NCBI RefSeq assembly: GCF_036321535.1
Contig: NC_087436.1
Span: 52,764,001-52,828,000, forward strand
Direction of reading: 5' to 3'
Source: Camelus dromedarius
Lineage: Eukaryota
Length of the DNA: 64,000 nt
In this document: one piece after another, positions 1-12,794 of the stretch
How positions within the stretch are numbered: position 1 is the first letter of the stretch
Layout: each line of letters begins with the position of its first letter
Notes under the pieces: model-generated
Told to the model about the DNA's origin: nothing
Database searches by the model: none
Seen by the model: the letters and a program-made list of their open reading frames with translations, nothing else
Position numbers and translations under genes: made by a program

Positions 1-509
1 TTCTCCAAAGTCCTGTTAAAAACTGAGAAACATCAGTCAAAAATTATTGCCTCCTGTCCTTTTTGAAATTTAGATCCATTTCTTGTCTCTTAAGACACCA
101 CAGTTGTGACAATAAAGGCACGTCACATATATAAGAGTGATCTTTTATTCTCTATTTCATGGGTTCACACAGCTTGTCTAAGCGCCGAGTCATTGTGTAT
201 CCAGTGCAGAATCAGGAGAACAAATCACATCACAGTGGTGCCTGGCTATAAATTGCTACCTGATCCATCAAAATACCTGCCTGATTTGACCTCAAAGTAG
301 TATCGAGGTGCCACAGGAGCCCCGCTAACTAAGGCTTTAAATTGAGGTCATGAAACTTGTTCAGATGTTTTCCTGCCTACAGAGCCTAAGGATGAGGAAA
401 GGTCAATAAAAGCCACAAACTCTCTTATACTTGTTGTAACAGATTTCTCCATGTGCTAATGATACAGAGAGTGACTGTGCCTAATGCCCCTTTGTTCCTT
501 GTGTAGCTG

Positions 510-699
510 CAGTGATTCCTATGCTGGCAGCACATCCCGTTAGTCAGGGTGCTCGCTCAAAGGCACACAAGCTCAGGCCTGATCCCCCAGGATTATGATT
601 TAATGAACCTTGGGTGGGACCCAGGAATCAATGTGTTTAATAAAGACCTCCAGGAAATTCCAATGCAGCCATTCTGGGTAATGTCTCTTAGAACCATTA
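510..699. mobile_element. MER5-family non-autonomous hAT-Charlie DNA transposon
   Basis: Begins CAGTGATTCC and ends GAACCATTA (degenerate TIRs). Internal ggtgggacccaggaatc...tttaataaagacctccagg resembles the MER5 core as recalled. Confidence 0.65.
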
Positions 700-849
700 T
701 CAAAACAACAACAACAACAAAAAGCTTTCAGTTTATCAACATGATAGCTGGAATACCTTTTAAGTGAGATGTTGCTCTAATAATCACATACCTGAAGAGC
801 AAAAGGTTGTCTCTCCTTAATAGTGAAGTCAGTTACCCACTGGGTTCTT

Positions 850-1055
850 AGCTTTATTTTTCCCTGTAGCACTTTTCACAAATTGACATTATATTATGTG
901 TCTATTTACTTATTTTCAAAATATTGGTTCCCTTTAATAAAACAAACACTTCACAAGGGCACGTATGTTTCTGTTTTGTTCACTGACGTATCCCCAGATC
1001 TTAGAACAGTCCTTAACACATAGAAGTTACCCAGCAAATAATGAGTGAATGAGTA
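850..1055 (+). mobile_element. L2 3' end
   Basis: ctgttttgttcactgacgtatccccagatcttagaacagtccttaacacatag...gagtgaatgag is a typical L2 terminus with a TGAA-like tail. Confidence 0.75.
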
Positions 1056-2189
1056 AAGGGACAAACAAGTAAGTGAATATTTGGGAAGTGCTCCAAAAAG
1101 TTGACAGATTGACAAGGAAGAGAGCCTACCTATCAAAACAGGAGCAGGAAATCCTCTTTAATTTAATCTAGGTTTTTGTTTTTATTTTTATTTTTTTAAT
1201 ATTCACAATTTACAGGAGAATTACTAACCCACTCAGCAAGTGCCCTAAAATTTAAAAGTTCAAGAAAATTGAATTGATTTTGTAAAGTTCAATTAAGCAA
1301 ACTTCAGTGTCCAGTAGGCTTTAAAGTTTACATAATTTGCTTCGTTATACAAATGCTATCAGTAACTATGTCTCAGAATCTGCTCTCATTATTGGATCTG
1401 ATGATCACACTTGGACCTCTCCATACTGATGTATTACACTTGAGTGTTTTCAAGGTAGTAAGTTTATAATAAGATTTAAATGGGATAAAGATCCCCAGTT
1501 GGCCTCTTCATCACTTTATTAACCTGACTAGGGATGATTCGCTGCTTAGCTGCATTTGTCAAGAAAGATTTTAAGATGAGTGACACATTTGTCTACAAAA
1601 GTGACGAATTGGCTTTACATTATCAGCGACTGGCTTACGGTTGATGACATGAGAAAATACTCTTGAGTTTCTGCATGTGAGGCGGTTTTAAGGGAGCATC
1701 ATATTGGACATGTCACCAACTGAGTATGAATGCACTTCAGTATTTTTATTGTTTGCAGCTGCTGACATTCCCCATTCAGCCTGAGTGCAGATGGGACTTG
1801 GACAGCAATATTAAGGATTAAAACGAGGGAGAAATAACAGTCTTGGTCCCAGCTTAGAATAAGTGTGAAAATGGTTTTAAGAGAGGAGTTCAACTGTAGT
1901 ATGATTCATGGTGAATGGATTAATTACTCCCAGATATCTACCATGTACTGTCATTCAATACCAGGATCCATTGATAAATGAGCTTAGTGAAGAACGTTCC
2001 ACTCAGATCAACTCTCTCGGGCTGCCATGTGCTCGTCTTCTAGCAACTTGACATAAGTCTGCCCATCCTGGCTCCTTGTACACAAATAATATTGGAACTC
2101 AACAAAAGCAACTGAGGAAGGCCAACAGATTGCAGCGTTTTTCTTCACCCCACACTGTCAGTGCCTCAAGAGAGGACTCTTACTCAGGG

Positions 2190-3700
2190 TAGAATAAGGT
2201 ATCTAAAGGGTAGAAAGTTGAATTTACAAGCCTGTAGCTCAGGGGAGAAACAAAGACTGGAGAGGCTAATTTAGGAGTTGTCAGTACATAAAGTAGTATA
2301 AAGCCCTTGGTTGAGGAAATCAGAAAAGTCTTGTATATGGAGATGAGAAATAGTCCCAAACCCTGGAGCTCTCCAACATCTGGACATGAAAAAGAGGAGG
2401 GGAACTCTGAAGGAGACAAATAGGAGCAGATAGGGAGGTAAAAGGAAAACCAGGAAAGAGGTATCCCAGGAGCTAAGTGAAGTATTTCAAGGAAGGAACA
2501 ATTAGTTGTATAAACATGCTACTAGATAATAGAAAATGGAGACTAAGGACCGATTGTTGGATTTGGCAACATGGAGGTCATTGGTGATTTTGAATGAAGA
2601 GCTCTGGTGAACTCGAAGGGCAAAGTCAGGGAGGAATGGGTTCAAGAGTGAATGTGGGGTGAGAGCTGGACATGATACATACTTCAAAAAAGCAGAGAAA
2701 TGGTGCAGTATCTGCGGATAGGGTATTGGATCTGAGAAAGATTTGTAGTTTTATAGTGTGTTTCTATGCTGATGGAAATGCTCTGGTAGAAAGGGGAGGA
2801 TTAGTGATGCTGGAGGGAAGGAAAGAGAAAAAGTAATTGCTGGATTAGAGCAAACAAATCTGTGAGTAGGAAAGTATACTTTTCTAAAAGGAAGAGGCTG
2901 GTCCTGAAAGACGCAGGGATGCATCACTGTCAGGGAAGACGAGGACAAGTATAAAGATACGAGGCAGGTGAGTACGTAGACCTGTGGTGAGAGAGCTGGG
3001 GGTGTCTCCTGAGAGCTTCTATTTCCTCAGTGAAGTGAAAGTGGTGTTATTAGCTGAGGGTGAAGAACTGGAAAAGAAGAAGAATATTACTGCAAAGGGG
3101 AAACAGCAAAGAGGAATTGCAAAGTAGTTTCCTAGATGAGTGGGGAATGCAGTAAAAGTGATAGTGCTCCTGTGGTTATAAATGAAAAGTGAAACCAGCC
3201 AATCTGATGTGTTTTCTCCAGCAATGTTTCAATGCTCACTGGTAAGCATGGAGTAGGTGGAGCGTTAGATGTAACCAGTGTTGGAGTTTTAAAGCAGCAT
3301 GTAATGGGAGAGAGTGGAGCAAGGCAATTGAAGGTTTATAAAAAGGAGGGATTACAGTAAGGGACCACAAAGTTTAAGCTGGGTAAGTAGAAAAAAATAA
3401 AACATGAGGTGGATGATGAGTAATAACAGATTGGTGGGATTAGCGGGTTAGATACAGTAGTTGAAGAGCTGTTATGGTGGAAAGTGGGCTGGAATGATAG
3501 GAAAAGGTGATGGACAGAATGTGGAGTGCTAGAAGTTGAAACCATTTTGGCTATTGGTAATGACAACTTTTAACATTGATAAGGATAAGATCTAGGGGAG
3601 AGGGTGGCTGAGGAAAGGTGGATAAAAAATAATTGATAATAAGAGAAAAGGACCATAGTAGTGAGGAATAGTGCTGAAATCTTCAGTGAAGGAAAAGGAT
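2190..3700 (-). mobile_element. L2 internal fragment (~1.5 kb)
   Basis: Purine-rich + strand carrying the L2 antisense hallmark ttggatttggcaacatggaggtcattggtgatttt. Confidence 0.8.
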
Positions 3701-3704
3701 TGAA

Positions 3705-3990
3705 CAGAATATAGATAACTAATTTTGACAACAACCACAATCATAGTGAAGGCTTTTAACATGTCTCTTTCAGAACTTAATAAATCAAGCAGAGAAAACA
3801 TAAGGCTCTAAAGAAATGTAATCACAATGAAGAAACCTGCTTTGATAGAAATATCTATAACTATGTACCATGTTAACCAAGAATACATATTGTTCTCGAA
3901 TCTATTAAATGTTTATAACTAAATCATGTACTTAACCACAAAAAAATCCTTTAAAAAATCCCAATGAATGAAAGAAGTTAAAAAACACAG
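3705..3990 (+). mobile_element. Old L1 ORF2 endonuclease-region fragment
   Basis: Translates TTIIVKAFNMSLSELNKSSRENI, similar to L1 EN TIIVGDFNTPLS.LDRSSRQKI. Degraded. Confidence 0.65.
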
Positions 3991-4767
3991 AAGTTATATC
4001 ACTTTTATAAAGAATGTAAATAAATTATAAGAAGGTAAGGAAATTTGTCAGAATATTCAGCATAGGGGTGAAGACAGATGCCTCATCTTAGATTTGACAT
4101 CATTTACCTGCTTCGTTCCACTATAAAGCTGAACTGCTTATAGCCACCAAATAGTACACTATTTTGAGAACATAATAGAAATTATTTTAAATTTTGTTGG
4201 TCATTGATTCTTTGCCTCTGTAATTTCAAATACCCAGGTATTTTATTGCCCAGAACCATCATTAATGAAGGCATCTTCCATGTTTCTGCCTTGCGAAAAT
4301 TGTACAATAACTATATCTACCTCAGCACTTGTGGACAAATCTTAAGAATCAGTGAGACTCTGTTTCAAGGCTCCTTTGACTGCCTTGGACCAAAGAAGCT
4401 GTAGAAATGTAAAGTCAGAGTATTGTTATCATTCCATCTATTCCAAATAAATTACTATAATTTCAGTGGTGCCACCAATATATGTGGTATTTTGCAACAG
4501 CAGTAGAGAAAGACAACAGACCTTTGTCCCCCCAAACTATTACTAATGTCTCAATGATGTAAACAAGGAGGGCCCTGAGTTTAGAAGGTCTATTTACAAA
4601 TTCTTAGATTTACTGGCTTTACACAGATGGGTATTCTAAGTATGATAATTAGGACATTGAACTGTGACTAATGTACCAAAGTGCTTTTTTGGCACCACAA
4701 ACTTCCCTAGGCCACTTAGACCATGTCCTTAAGGAGGCAAGAAAAGGAAACTCTACCAGGCAGTACT

Positions 4768-5100
4768 GTGTGTCATCTTTTGTGGCAGGAACAAACAACC
4801 CCAATAGCTCAGCAGCTTACAGACTTATTCCTCATGTTACTTGAAGGCTGTGGCCAGGCAGGGCCTGCTGAACTCAGCTGGGCTCCGCAGGCCTCACGTG
4901 TCGTCCCATTCCCAAACCCAGATGCCGCTATCACCTCGACTCTCACGGTGAAGGGCAGGAGGAAGGGGTTCAGGATGAAGCACCCAATTGCATTTAGGCT
5001 TCTTTTAGTTGAGACGACCACCCTCTCCACTCACATCTCATTAGCCAAGGCATGAGACAGGGAGCGGACAACTGGGAATAGTCTGGCCTGTCACAATACT
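4768..5100 (-). mobile_element. MLT1-family MaLR LTR fragment
   Basis: aacaaacaaccccaatagctcagcagcttac...ctcacatctcattagccaagg is the antisense MLT1 pattern. Confidence 0.6.
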
Positions 5101-5619
5101 CTGCTGCAGGGACATCTCCCATCCATCCACTCCAAATCTTCACACCGTTGGCGCTAATGCTAGATATTCCACTTTCCTGCAGCTTCCTCTTGTAGAATTG
5201 TGTACAGCTATGTATAATGCTTTGTGTGTGTTTTGGTCCTACTGTGGGGAACCCCTGTCTCCTCTCTCCAAATGTCCATCTCATTGGTTTTTTTAGGGAC
5301 TTTAGGGAAGCTTGTGCTATTGAAATTCAGATGCGTTGCTGTGACATCCTAGGTCTCCTATGACTGGTACAAAGATTCTACAGCACCAAGAACTAAGTAT
5401 ATGCTACTTTCAATCCATTATACTCCACTTCAATTTTTAATCCTGTATGTAAATTAAAACATAGATTTTCATTAATTTTAATTTCTTCAGACCACATAAT
5501 ATCCAACTTAGAGAAATAAACATTCACATAATAAGCACCCATGTATACAAAGTATATGCCCTTAACACCAAACTATCAAGACTATTTGTTTAAGAATTGA
5601 TGTTTCTTTCCTCAAAATT

Positions 5620-5855
5620 TACTTAAAAAGTATTTCCATAGCATGCATTGTAAGCTAGATGCTAAGCATTTTTCACATATTAACTTGTTTAATCCTGAAA
5701 ACAACACTAGGTAAGCACTATCACTATCATCTCTGTTTTACAGATGAGAAAACTGAGGAACAGAAAGGCCACACAGGGTAAGTGGTACAGCTGGGATTAA
5801 ACCCAGGCAGTCTGGCTCCAGGCTTTCTGCTCCTACTCATTATATTATGCTGCCT
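5620..5855 (-). mobile_element. MIR SINE
   Basis: Core ttttacagatgagaaaactgagg followed by ctgggattaaacccaggcagtctggctccag. Confidence 0.85.
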
Positions 5856-6077
5856 TGTCCCCTTCACTCACGGGACTCTATTCTGCAAGACCATGTTTAA
5901 TTTCTGCAAGCAAAAGGTCTCATTTCTTGTGCTGTTTGAACTTTCAACCCCTGCATTTTCTCAGACTCCTCATTAGAAGGATCTACATAAACACGATGGA
6001 GTTTATATTCGAACCACACTTCACAATTAACCATGCTGAGATTCAAAGATATTGAAAGGGACTTGTTCAGAGTCATG

Positions 6078-6096
6078 CCCCTAGCAGATGGCGCTT
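6078..6096 (+). promoter_or_regulatory. CTCF-like motif inside a MIR fragment
   Basis: CTAGCAGATGGCGC (6081-6094) matches 13/14 of CCASYAGRKGGCRS. Motif only; binding unknown. Confidence 0.4.
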
Positions 6097-7309
6097 AGAA
6101 TTTCTTGAAGACATGGATCTACACCCACCCATGTGTCAGTTGCCCAGTTCTCCTTCTCCGCTATCTGAGGCAGAGAATGCCTTTACTGTATGAATCAGCT
6201 TTTCTCTGAACCAGCAGCTCCTCCCTAATTGATGGTCATTTCTATTTTACAACCTAGCATTTGCTAAGCTTTTTTCTTTTTCTCTCTTTTTCAATACACT
6301 GCATGAAGCTGGATATGTTTTAAAATAAAATATCCTATGCTATTTTTTTAAGGCTAATCATCTCAAACAAATGAAATTCACAATTTCAACAAGATGTTAA
6401 AAATTGTAGCTTCAAATTTCTCCTTTTTCAAATACTTTACATGAGTGGCTATTAGAGATGAAACAGTGAAACTTCATTTGTGGAAGGGGACTAACTCCAC
6501 AGGTGACAGAGTTAACAAACAGTGAAAGGATTAGGCAGCAGAGGAAGAAGAAAAGGAGGACAAGCAATAATATAGCTAGATAAGTGATAAACTATGCAGT
6601 GCTTTGCTGTATAATCAAGCTCTAGCTGGAGCTCTAGATGGAGACAATTAGTAACTTTCTTGGCACATAAAATGGCTGGATGAAATTACCAGGAATATAC
6701 ACATACTTTGTTTTCAGAATGATGCCAGTTTGGTTGCAAATGATGTTCTTTGATCAACAATGCCTAGCCTTCTACAGCAGAACAAAGCTCTATGGCCTTG
6801 AGACCCATTGACTGTGAGGGGGGCTTCTGCTGGTCTGGTTTTGGATGCACTCACATGGTGTTTTGCCCAATCTTCCTCAGCTGGACTCTGACAAGACTCT
6901 TCATGACTAGTGCAAACTTGTTTTCCTATTTTCATCCAGAAACTTTTGTTTTCTTTCTTATGTGGGAAATTGTTGTTTCCTTAAAGGAGACTTTATCATG
7001 CCTGTAGGCAAAGCAAGTTAACAATTTTATTTTAGACATATACAATGTATGAACGAATTGCCACCTTCCTAACTGAGTAACTAAATAATCACTTCCTACA
7101 CAAATCGCCTAGGGTTATATTTGCATGTTAACATACATGGATAAGGTGTGTAGCACAGGAAAATTATGTGTGGTGTACATTGTTAAAAATAACTATATGT
7201 CAGCTCATGTGATGGCTTAGGTCTATCATAAATGCTATTTTCTAAAAATATCAAATAACAGTCTTGCTTATGAGGCTCATGAAACTCAAAGATACTATAT
7301 TTTATCATA

Positions 7310-7545
7310 GTTGTAATAATTAAATCATGGCTACCAATTGTTTGGTAGTTACAATATGCCAAGCACAATGCTAAGTGCATTCCTCACTTATAAAGTAAGT
7401 ACTGTTATACCCATTTTACACATAAGAAAACAATGTTCAGAATGGTTGAATAAGTAGCCCAAAGTCATAGAAAGTGGTGTTGCCTAAATTTAGACCCATG
7501 TCTACTTGATTCCAAAGTCCATGCTGTTAACTCACTGTACTATAG
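7310..7545 (-). mobile_element. MIR SINE
   Basis: cccattttacacataagaaaacaatgttcagaatggttgaataagtagcccaaagtcatag is a degenerate MIR core. Confidence 0.75.
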
Positions 7546-8479
7546 AGATTCTGTGTCCCAGAAACAATCTCTGTTTCATTGTCTTTTGCAATAAAAATAT
7601 AAACATGCTTCTGTTAAATTTGCTAATAGAGTTTTTGTCTTCATAAACACTAGTATAATTCCCCCAAATCGAATGAGATTTAATAGGGAACATGAATACA
7701 GATTAGATGCGTCTGGTCTGCTGTTTCCCATTAAAACATTCATGAAGATAAAAGGAGACAAAAACTGACAGTAGCAAAAGAAAAAAAAAAATGACATACC
7801 AAATTTTCCAGGCAATTTCCCCTAAATGTGTTGTCAGTGAGGATAGATTGAAAGCAAATTATTGGACTCTGTATCATAATCATCTGACCCAAAAGCAAAA
7901 GGTGCTCAGCAAAGAAATAAAAGGAAAACTCTGGCTCATTTCCCCTTTGTATACCTAACCCCAGAGTATAGTGGCTAAATTCTGCAGAAAAACAAGCAAA
8001 TAATTATTTTCAGAAGTAACCAGAGTCCCATCCTGTCCTTTTACATCACTTCCATCAGCTCTTTTCTCTTTTTATTTTTCCATTCCATTAGTAAGAAGTA
8101 GAGAGAAACATTAAGATAATATCCGAGGATGTTTTGTATTTGAAAAAAAAAGCACAAAAATTAAAAGAGACACAACAGAGCTGGGAGGGCTGAGATGGGT
8201 GTGCTGCTTCATATAGGACACTGTTCAAAGAACTTCCATCTCGTTTCCCAGCACAGCCAGAGCCCAAGGTTCACTTCAGTACCAGCACAGGCACGTGAGA
8301 TGAACATCAGCCAGGCATTACAAACAGAATAAAGTAAAACGCTACATTCTGACCTTCAGCTTTAGATTGAGACGAGGAAAGTTGCCTGAGCCCAAGTGAA
8401 CAGCAAAGGAGACTAAGGCAATTGAACTTTGCTGAAAAATGCTATCCTGGATAGCTCTTCCCCAAGCTAGTCAGCACAT

Positions 8480-9255
8480 CCAGGAAATAAATAATGGAGC
8501 CTACTAAAACATGAGAAAGAAAACATTTGGAAAGGAGGGAAAGATTTCCCTAAAGACTAAGGGAGGTCATGGCTCTGAAAATTCTTTTCTTCAATATTAC
8601 ATAAGAATTTCAGACTCAGTGTTTCCACAAAAATCTCAGAGACTCTATAAAACCAGAGCCTGCATTCCTACAAACAAAAAGGCTGAAATAAAGGCAGAGT
8701 TACAAAGGATATTGGCTGAAATAAGAAAAGAATGCAGTAGCAAAATGAAAATCTACTTTGGGTACAATAAAGAGCAGAAAGGACACTTTAGAAAGTTAAG
8801 AAAATCGTATGGAATGCAATTGAAAAGCCTATGTAGAACATAGAAGGAAAACACAAAGAGACAAAACAATAGGAAAAAAAATATGGAGTGGGGAGGGTAT
8901 AGCTCAGTGGTAGAGTATATGCTTAGCATGCACAGGGCCCTGGGCTCAATCCCCAGGACCTCCATTAAAACAAACAAACAAACCTAATTACTTCCCCCCA
9001 CCAAAAAACAATAACAAAAAAACCCAGAAACAAAATAAATAAAATACCTTTAAAAAAATATAGAGAAGAGAAAGTATATCCAGTCCAAGATTTAAAGTTG
9101 TCTGTGAAGCATAAATAAGAATATTCTGAATGAAACTTAAATGAGGATACTCTAAAAAGAAATATTAAGATGCTATGAAAAATGTTGTAGAAATGAAGAG
9201 AAATATGGTTCTCACAGAGCTTGAAAGAGTTTATCATGTTCCAGGCTTGATTATT
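8480..9255 (+). mobile_element. Degraded L1/HAL1 ORF1-like fragment, split by a SINE
   Basis: A-rich with a K/E-rich coiled-coil-like remnant (ORF 8511-8843); ttgaaagagtttatcatgttccagg resembles the ORF1 IERAH.P region. Confidence 0.5.
8889..9051 (+). mobile_element. tRNA-derived camelid SINE (vic-1-like), full length
   Basis: ggggagggtatagctcagtggtagag...gggctcaatccccag...acctaattacttcccccc plus A-rich tail. TSD aaaaaaatat(g/a)gag at 8875-8888 and 9052-9065. Confidence 0.9.
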
Positions 9256-9329
9256 GCTTGTGTAAAAAGTAATGTAAATACACTGTAAGATACATTCTTC
9301 CTGTTAACAGATCCCTACTCCAATATGCT

Positions 9330-9760
9330 TATGTAGATAGGGAGAGTTTATGAAAGGATGCTCAGGTATTGAGCAGAACAACGAAGCTGGGAGAGACCAT
9401 GGAAACAACTGGGCCTTGGGAATAACTGCAGCCTTGAATTCAGTCAGGACTCCTCCACCCACGTGTCTGTATCTCAGTGTCTGGGGCTTTTCTTCTCACC
9501 AAGTGCAAAATACCTTTCTTTCACAAAAAAGAGAATGAGCTCAGGGCCAACATCAAAAGCCATGGCGAGGGACTCAGTTTGAGTCAAGTGCCCAGCATGG
9601 CACCAGTAACTGTCATCAGACGTACGTATGCCAGCTCCCAAGCAGATGTGATGGGCAAGTTGTAGAGCCAATTCCCAGAAGAAAAGGAATTCTCATATTC
9701 TCATCCCAGAAAAGGTGACTGAATGAAGACGTCCAGACCAAACAACGGGTGTTCTCTTAG
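9330..9760 (-). mobile_element. Old MLT1-type LTR fragment
   Basis: ctcagtttgagtcaagtgcccagcatggcaccagtaactgt...ttcccagaagaaaagg resembles antisense old MLT1. Confidence 0.4.
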
Positions 9761-9829
9761 GACTAGCAGACCACTAGCAGCTTATAGCAATGATTCTAGG
9801 TACAAAACACCAACATAAATCAGAATTAG

Positions 9830-10910
9830 AAAAGCTCAGATAGAACTTGGGGGGTTGGGGATTTTAAAAGAAAAGAAAAATTATTTCAGAAATAAAAACT
9901 AAATAAGGATTACAAACGAATGTTCACAGTAACGAATGCCTTAAGAATAGAAGGTGAAAGTAGGAAAACTTTAAATCAAAAGACATGAAGGAAGAAAAAG
10001 GAGGATTCAAGAGAAAATAGCAAACATGAAGATAGAGGAAAAAAATCACATAGCAATAATAGGAGTCCCTAAAAGGAGGGGACAAGACAAATAGAAAAAA
10101 TTATAATTCAAGAACACATCCCAGAAATAGAGTAAATAAGAGTTTAGACTACATTTTGAAAGTACATACCATGTACTTGAGAATATTAAACCAAAAGAAC
10201 CAACCTCAAGACATATTTTAGTAAAGTTACAGGACATTAATAATTAAAAAATAAGCCTTTGAGCATCTAGATGAAAAGAATGGGAGACTTACAAGCAAAA
10301 GAAAAATAGATTTTTTTCAAAAACAACATTTTATGTCAGAAAAAAATGGAATAACATTTTAGATTATCAAGAAAGGAAAATGTGAGGTACAAATTTTATA
10401 TCCAGAGAAAATGGATTTTCAAAAAAAGATACAGAGAAGTTATCAACATTCAAGAACTCAGAGGTATTGTTCTCATGGGTCTTTCCTGAGGAATCTACTA
10501 GAAAAGAGGCTTCAAAAAACTAAAATAACTATAGAGATATCAACACAAGAACCAGTGGATAAGGTTAAACATAACTGTTTGTAGAACTAAGATGAAAATA
10601 AAAGTAAACAAGGAGAGAATATTGGATGTGATGGCCATATGATCAGAAAATGCAGAAATAGTACAACTCTTAAAATAAAAAAACATAATCAGAATAACTA
10701 TACTTAGTAATTACATTGCTGTGATAATATTACTATTGTTATTCTGAGACTGCTATATGAAATAAAGTAAATGATTAATTATGGGTGCTCACATTCTGTT
10801 ATTCCCTGTGTCCTTCAGAACTAGGGATTTTGATGTTGGAAGAAAGGACATACAGATGTAAAACAGAAGAGGTTAAATAAAAAGCCCTATAGCCCTGACA
10901 TTTTTGAATT
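9830..10910 (+). mobile_element. HAL1-type (ORF1-only L1 relative) fragment
   Basis: ORF1 motifs ataataggagtccct (IIGVP), ccaacctcaagacatattttagtaaagtta (PTSRHILVKL) and attttatatcca (ILYP), then the HAL1-like caagaactcagagg...ctgaggaatctactagaa. Confidence 0.7.
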
Positions 10911-10929
10911 TATACAGTTTTTTACATTA

Positions 10930-11155
10930 GTATAGATGTGTTTATGTGCGCACATGTGTGTCTGTGTTGTGTACTTCTTAGCTTTGTCCACTGAAGGTCG
11001 AGAAATAATGACCAACCCAATAGCAAAGAGCGCACCTTGTACCCAGGTGTTCTCCAACTATCATTTCCCACTAAAGGAAGCCAGAACTGTTTTGAGAAAT
11101 AGCTGATGGAGCAACACAAGTCCAATATGAGCCCAGAATAACTTATACTAAAGAT
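10930..11155 (+). mobile_element. L1MC-type 3' UTR fragment
   Basis: tagctttgtccactgaagg...cccaatagcaaagagcgcacct...taaaggaagccag resembles the L1MC3/4 3' UTR. Confidence 0.55.
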
Positions 11156-11431
11156 TTATCAGAAGAGCCAAAGGGATAAAAAAAAGTGACGATTTCTCTT
11201 GTTACCTGATCTTCAATTTCTCCTATATTTTTCTCTAGAAGAAAAGGCATCCAGCCTCCATCTATACCCTAGCTAGATCATCCTAGTTTTCCCTGCTACT
11301 TTACTACTGACGAGTGATAAATAATTGAATATTTAAATTTGTTCTCATTTATATGAGATTACTTCCAGCATGAGTTTCTTATCAAACTGCCAATACAAAG
11401 GTTAGGCTATTTTTTTATCTTAGAAGATTAC

Positions 11432-11790
11432 TACTGTGGTCTGAATGTCTCTGTCCCCTCAAAATTCATCTATTGAAACCCTCATCCTCAATGTGATGGT
11501 ATTAAGAGGTGGGGCCTTTAGGTGGTAATTAGGTCCCAAGAGTGGAGCCCTCATGATTGGGAGCAGTGCTTGTATGAAGGAGACCCCACCGAGCTCCCCA
11601 GCTCCTTCCTCCCTGTGAGGACCCTGTGAGAAGCTGGCCGTCAGCAGCCCAGAAGAGGGCTCTCACAAGAACCCTACTATGTTAGCACCCTCATCTTGAA
11701 TTTCCAGTCTCCAGACTGTGAGAAGTAAATGTTGTTTACAAGTCATCCAGTCTGTGGCATTTTTTTACAGAAGCCCAGATGGATAAGGCG
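11432..11790 (+). mobile_element. MLT1A-type MaLR solo LTR
   Basis: Full-length LTR (tactgtggtctgaatgtc...gatggataaggcg) flanked by a perfect 5-bp TSD ATTAC (11427-11431, 11791-11795). Confidence 0.9.
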
Positions 11791-11904
11791 ATTACCAATT
11801 TTTAATAGTTTCCATTCACCTCTCAAGGTGATTAGTGCCTCTTTGCCACCTTAATTATAGCTGAAAAACAGCTGATACTTACCTTAAAGAACAAATTACT
11901 AGAT

Positions 11905-12420
11905 TTGTAGCTTCCACTTAGGATGTAGAAAGGTAGGGAAAACATTACTCCCAACTTTATATCAAAAAATTTACCAGATAATCTGCAAAACCACAACTTT
12001 TCTTGAATTTACCAAATAACTAAAGTCTCATGAGAACCAAATAACCTGAAATCTAAAGTAAGACATTGCCTCCAAGGATGGATGGGAAGCCAGCACACAT
12101 CACTGTGGCAGAGCACGAGAGGAAGAAAGGACCACCGCAAAGGACAGGAAGAAGAATGCAGCTGAAGTTTTCACTTAACTGTTTCAGGCTGAGTGTAAGC
12201 TAGGATGAGAATAGTACAACCCTGGGAGCTGCAGACACCTGGGAAGTTACTAGCTCTTCTCACAGACTTAACTGGGTGCTCACAAGAAAGATGGGGGCAG
12301 AGAGAGAGATCCACGAAGGCCTCCCTCGGATGCATACCGGGGAGAGGAAGAAGAAGGGGCTACAGGAAGGGCACAAAAGCCAATTTGGATCCTTCTCTCC
12401 TGCCTCACCCCTGGGACTAA
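11905..12420 (+). mobile_element. Old L1M 5' UTR fragment
   Basis: cttccacttaggatgtagaaagg...caacttttcttgaa resembles ancient L1M 5' ends. Confidence 0.45.
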
Positions 12421-12424
12421 AGCC

Positions 12425-12760
12425 TTGACTGGACCACACTGTGCCCAGATATTTGGTCTAATGTTACTCTGGATGTTTCTGTAAGGGTGAATTTTGGATG
12501 AGATTAACATTTACATCAGTGGACTGAGTAAAGCAGGTTGTTCTTTCTAATGCAAGTAGGTTTCATCCAATCAGTTGAATGCCTGACCCTACCCCAAGTC
12601 AGAGAAAAGTCTCCTACTTGATGGCCTTTGACTGGGGTGTTAGTTCTTCCTGGTTCTACGATAGCCTGCCAGCCTAAGACTGAAACTGTGACATCAGCTT
12701 TGCAGATTTTAGAGTTGTATAGATAGGTAGGTAGGTAGGTAGACAGATAGATAGATAGAT

Positions 12761-12794
<34 letters not shown>

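Noticed and set aside
8511..8843. 110-aa K/E-rich ORF
   Set aside because: A-rich, degraded L1/HAL1 ORF1-like remnant; neighbouring sequence has stops and a SINE insertion.
8889..8965. tRNA gene (also at 24130-24206 and 56270-56345)
   Set aside because: The tRNA-like heads continue into a shared SINE body, two have TSDs, and they are mutually diverged. These are SINEs, not tRNA genes.
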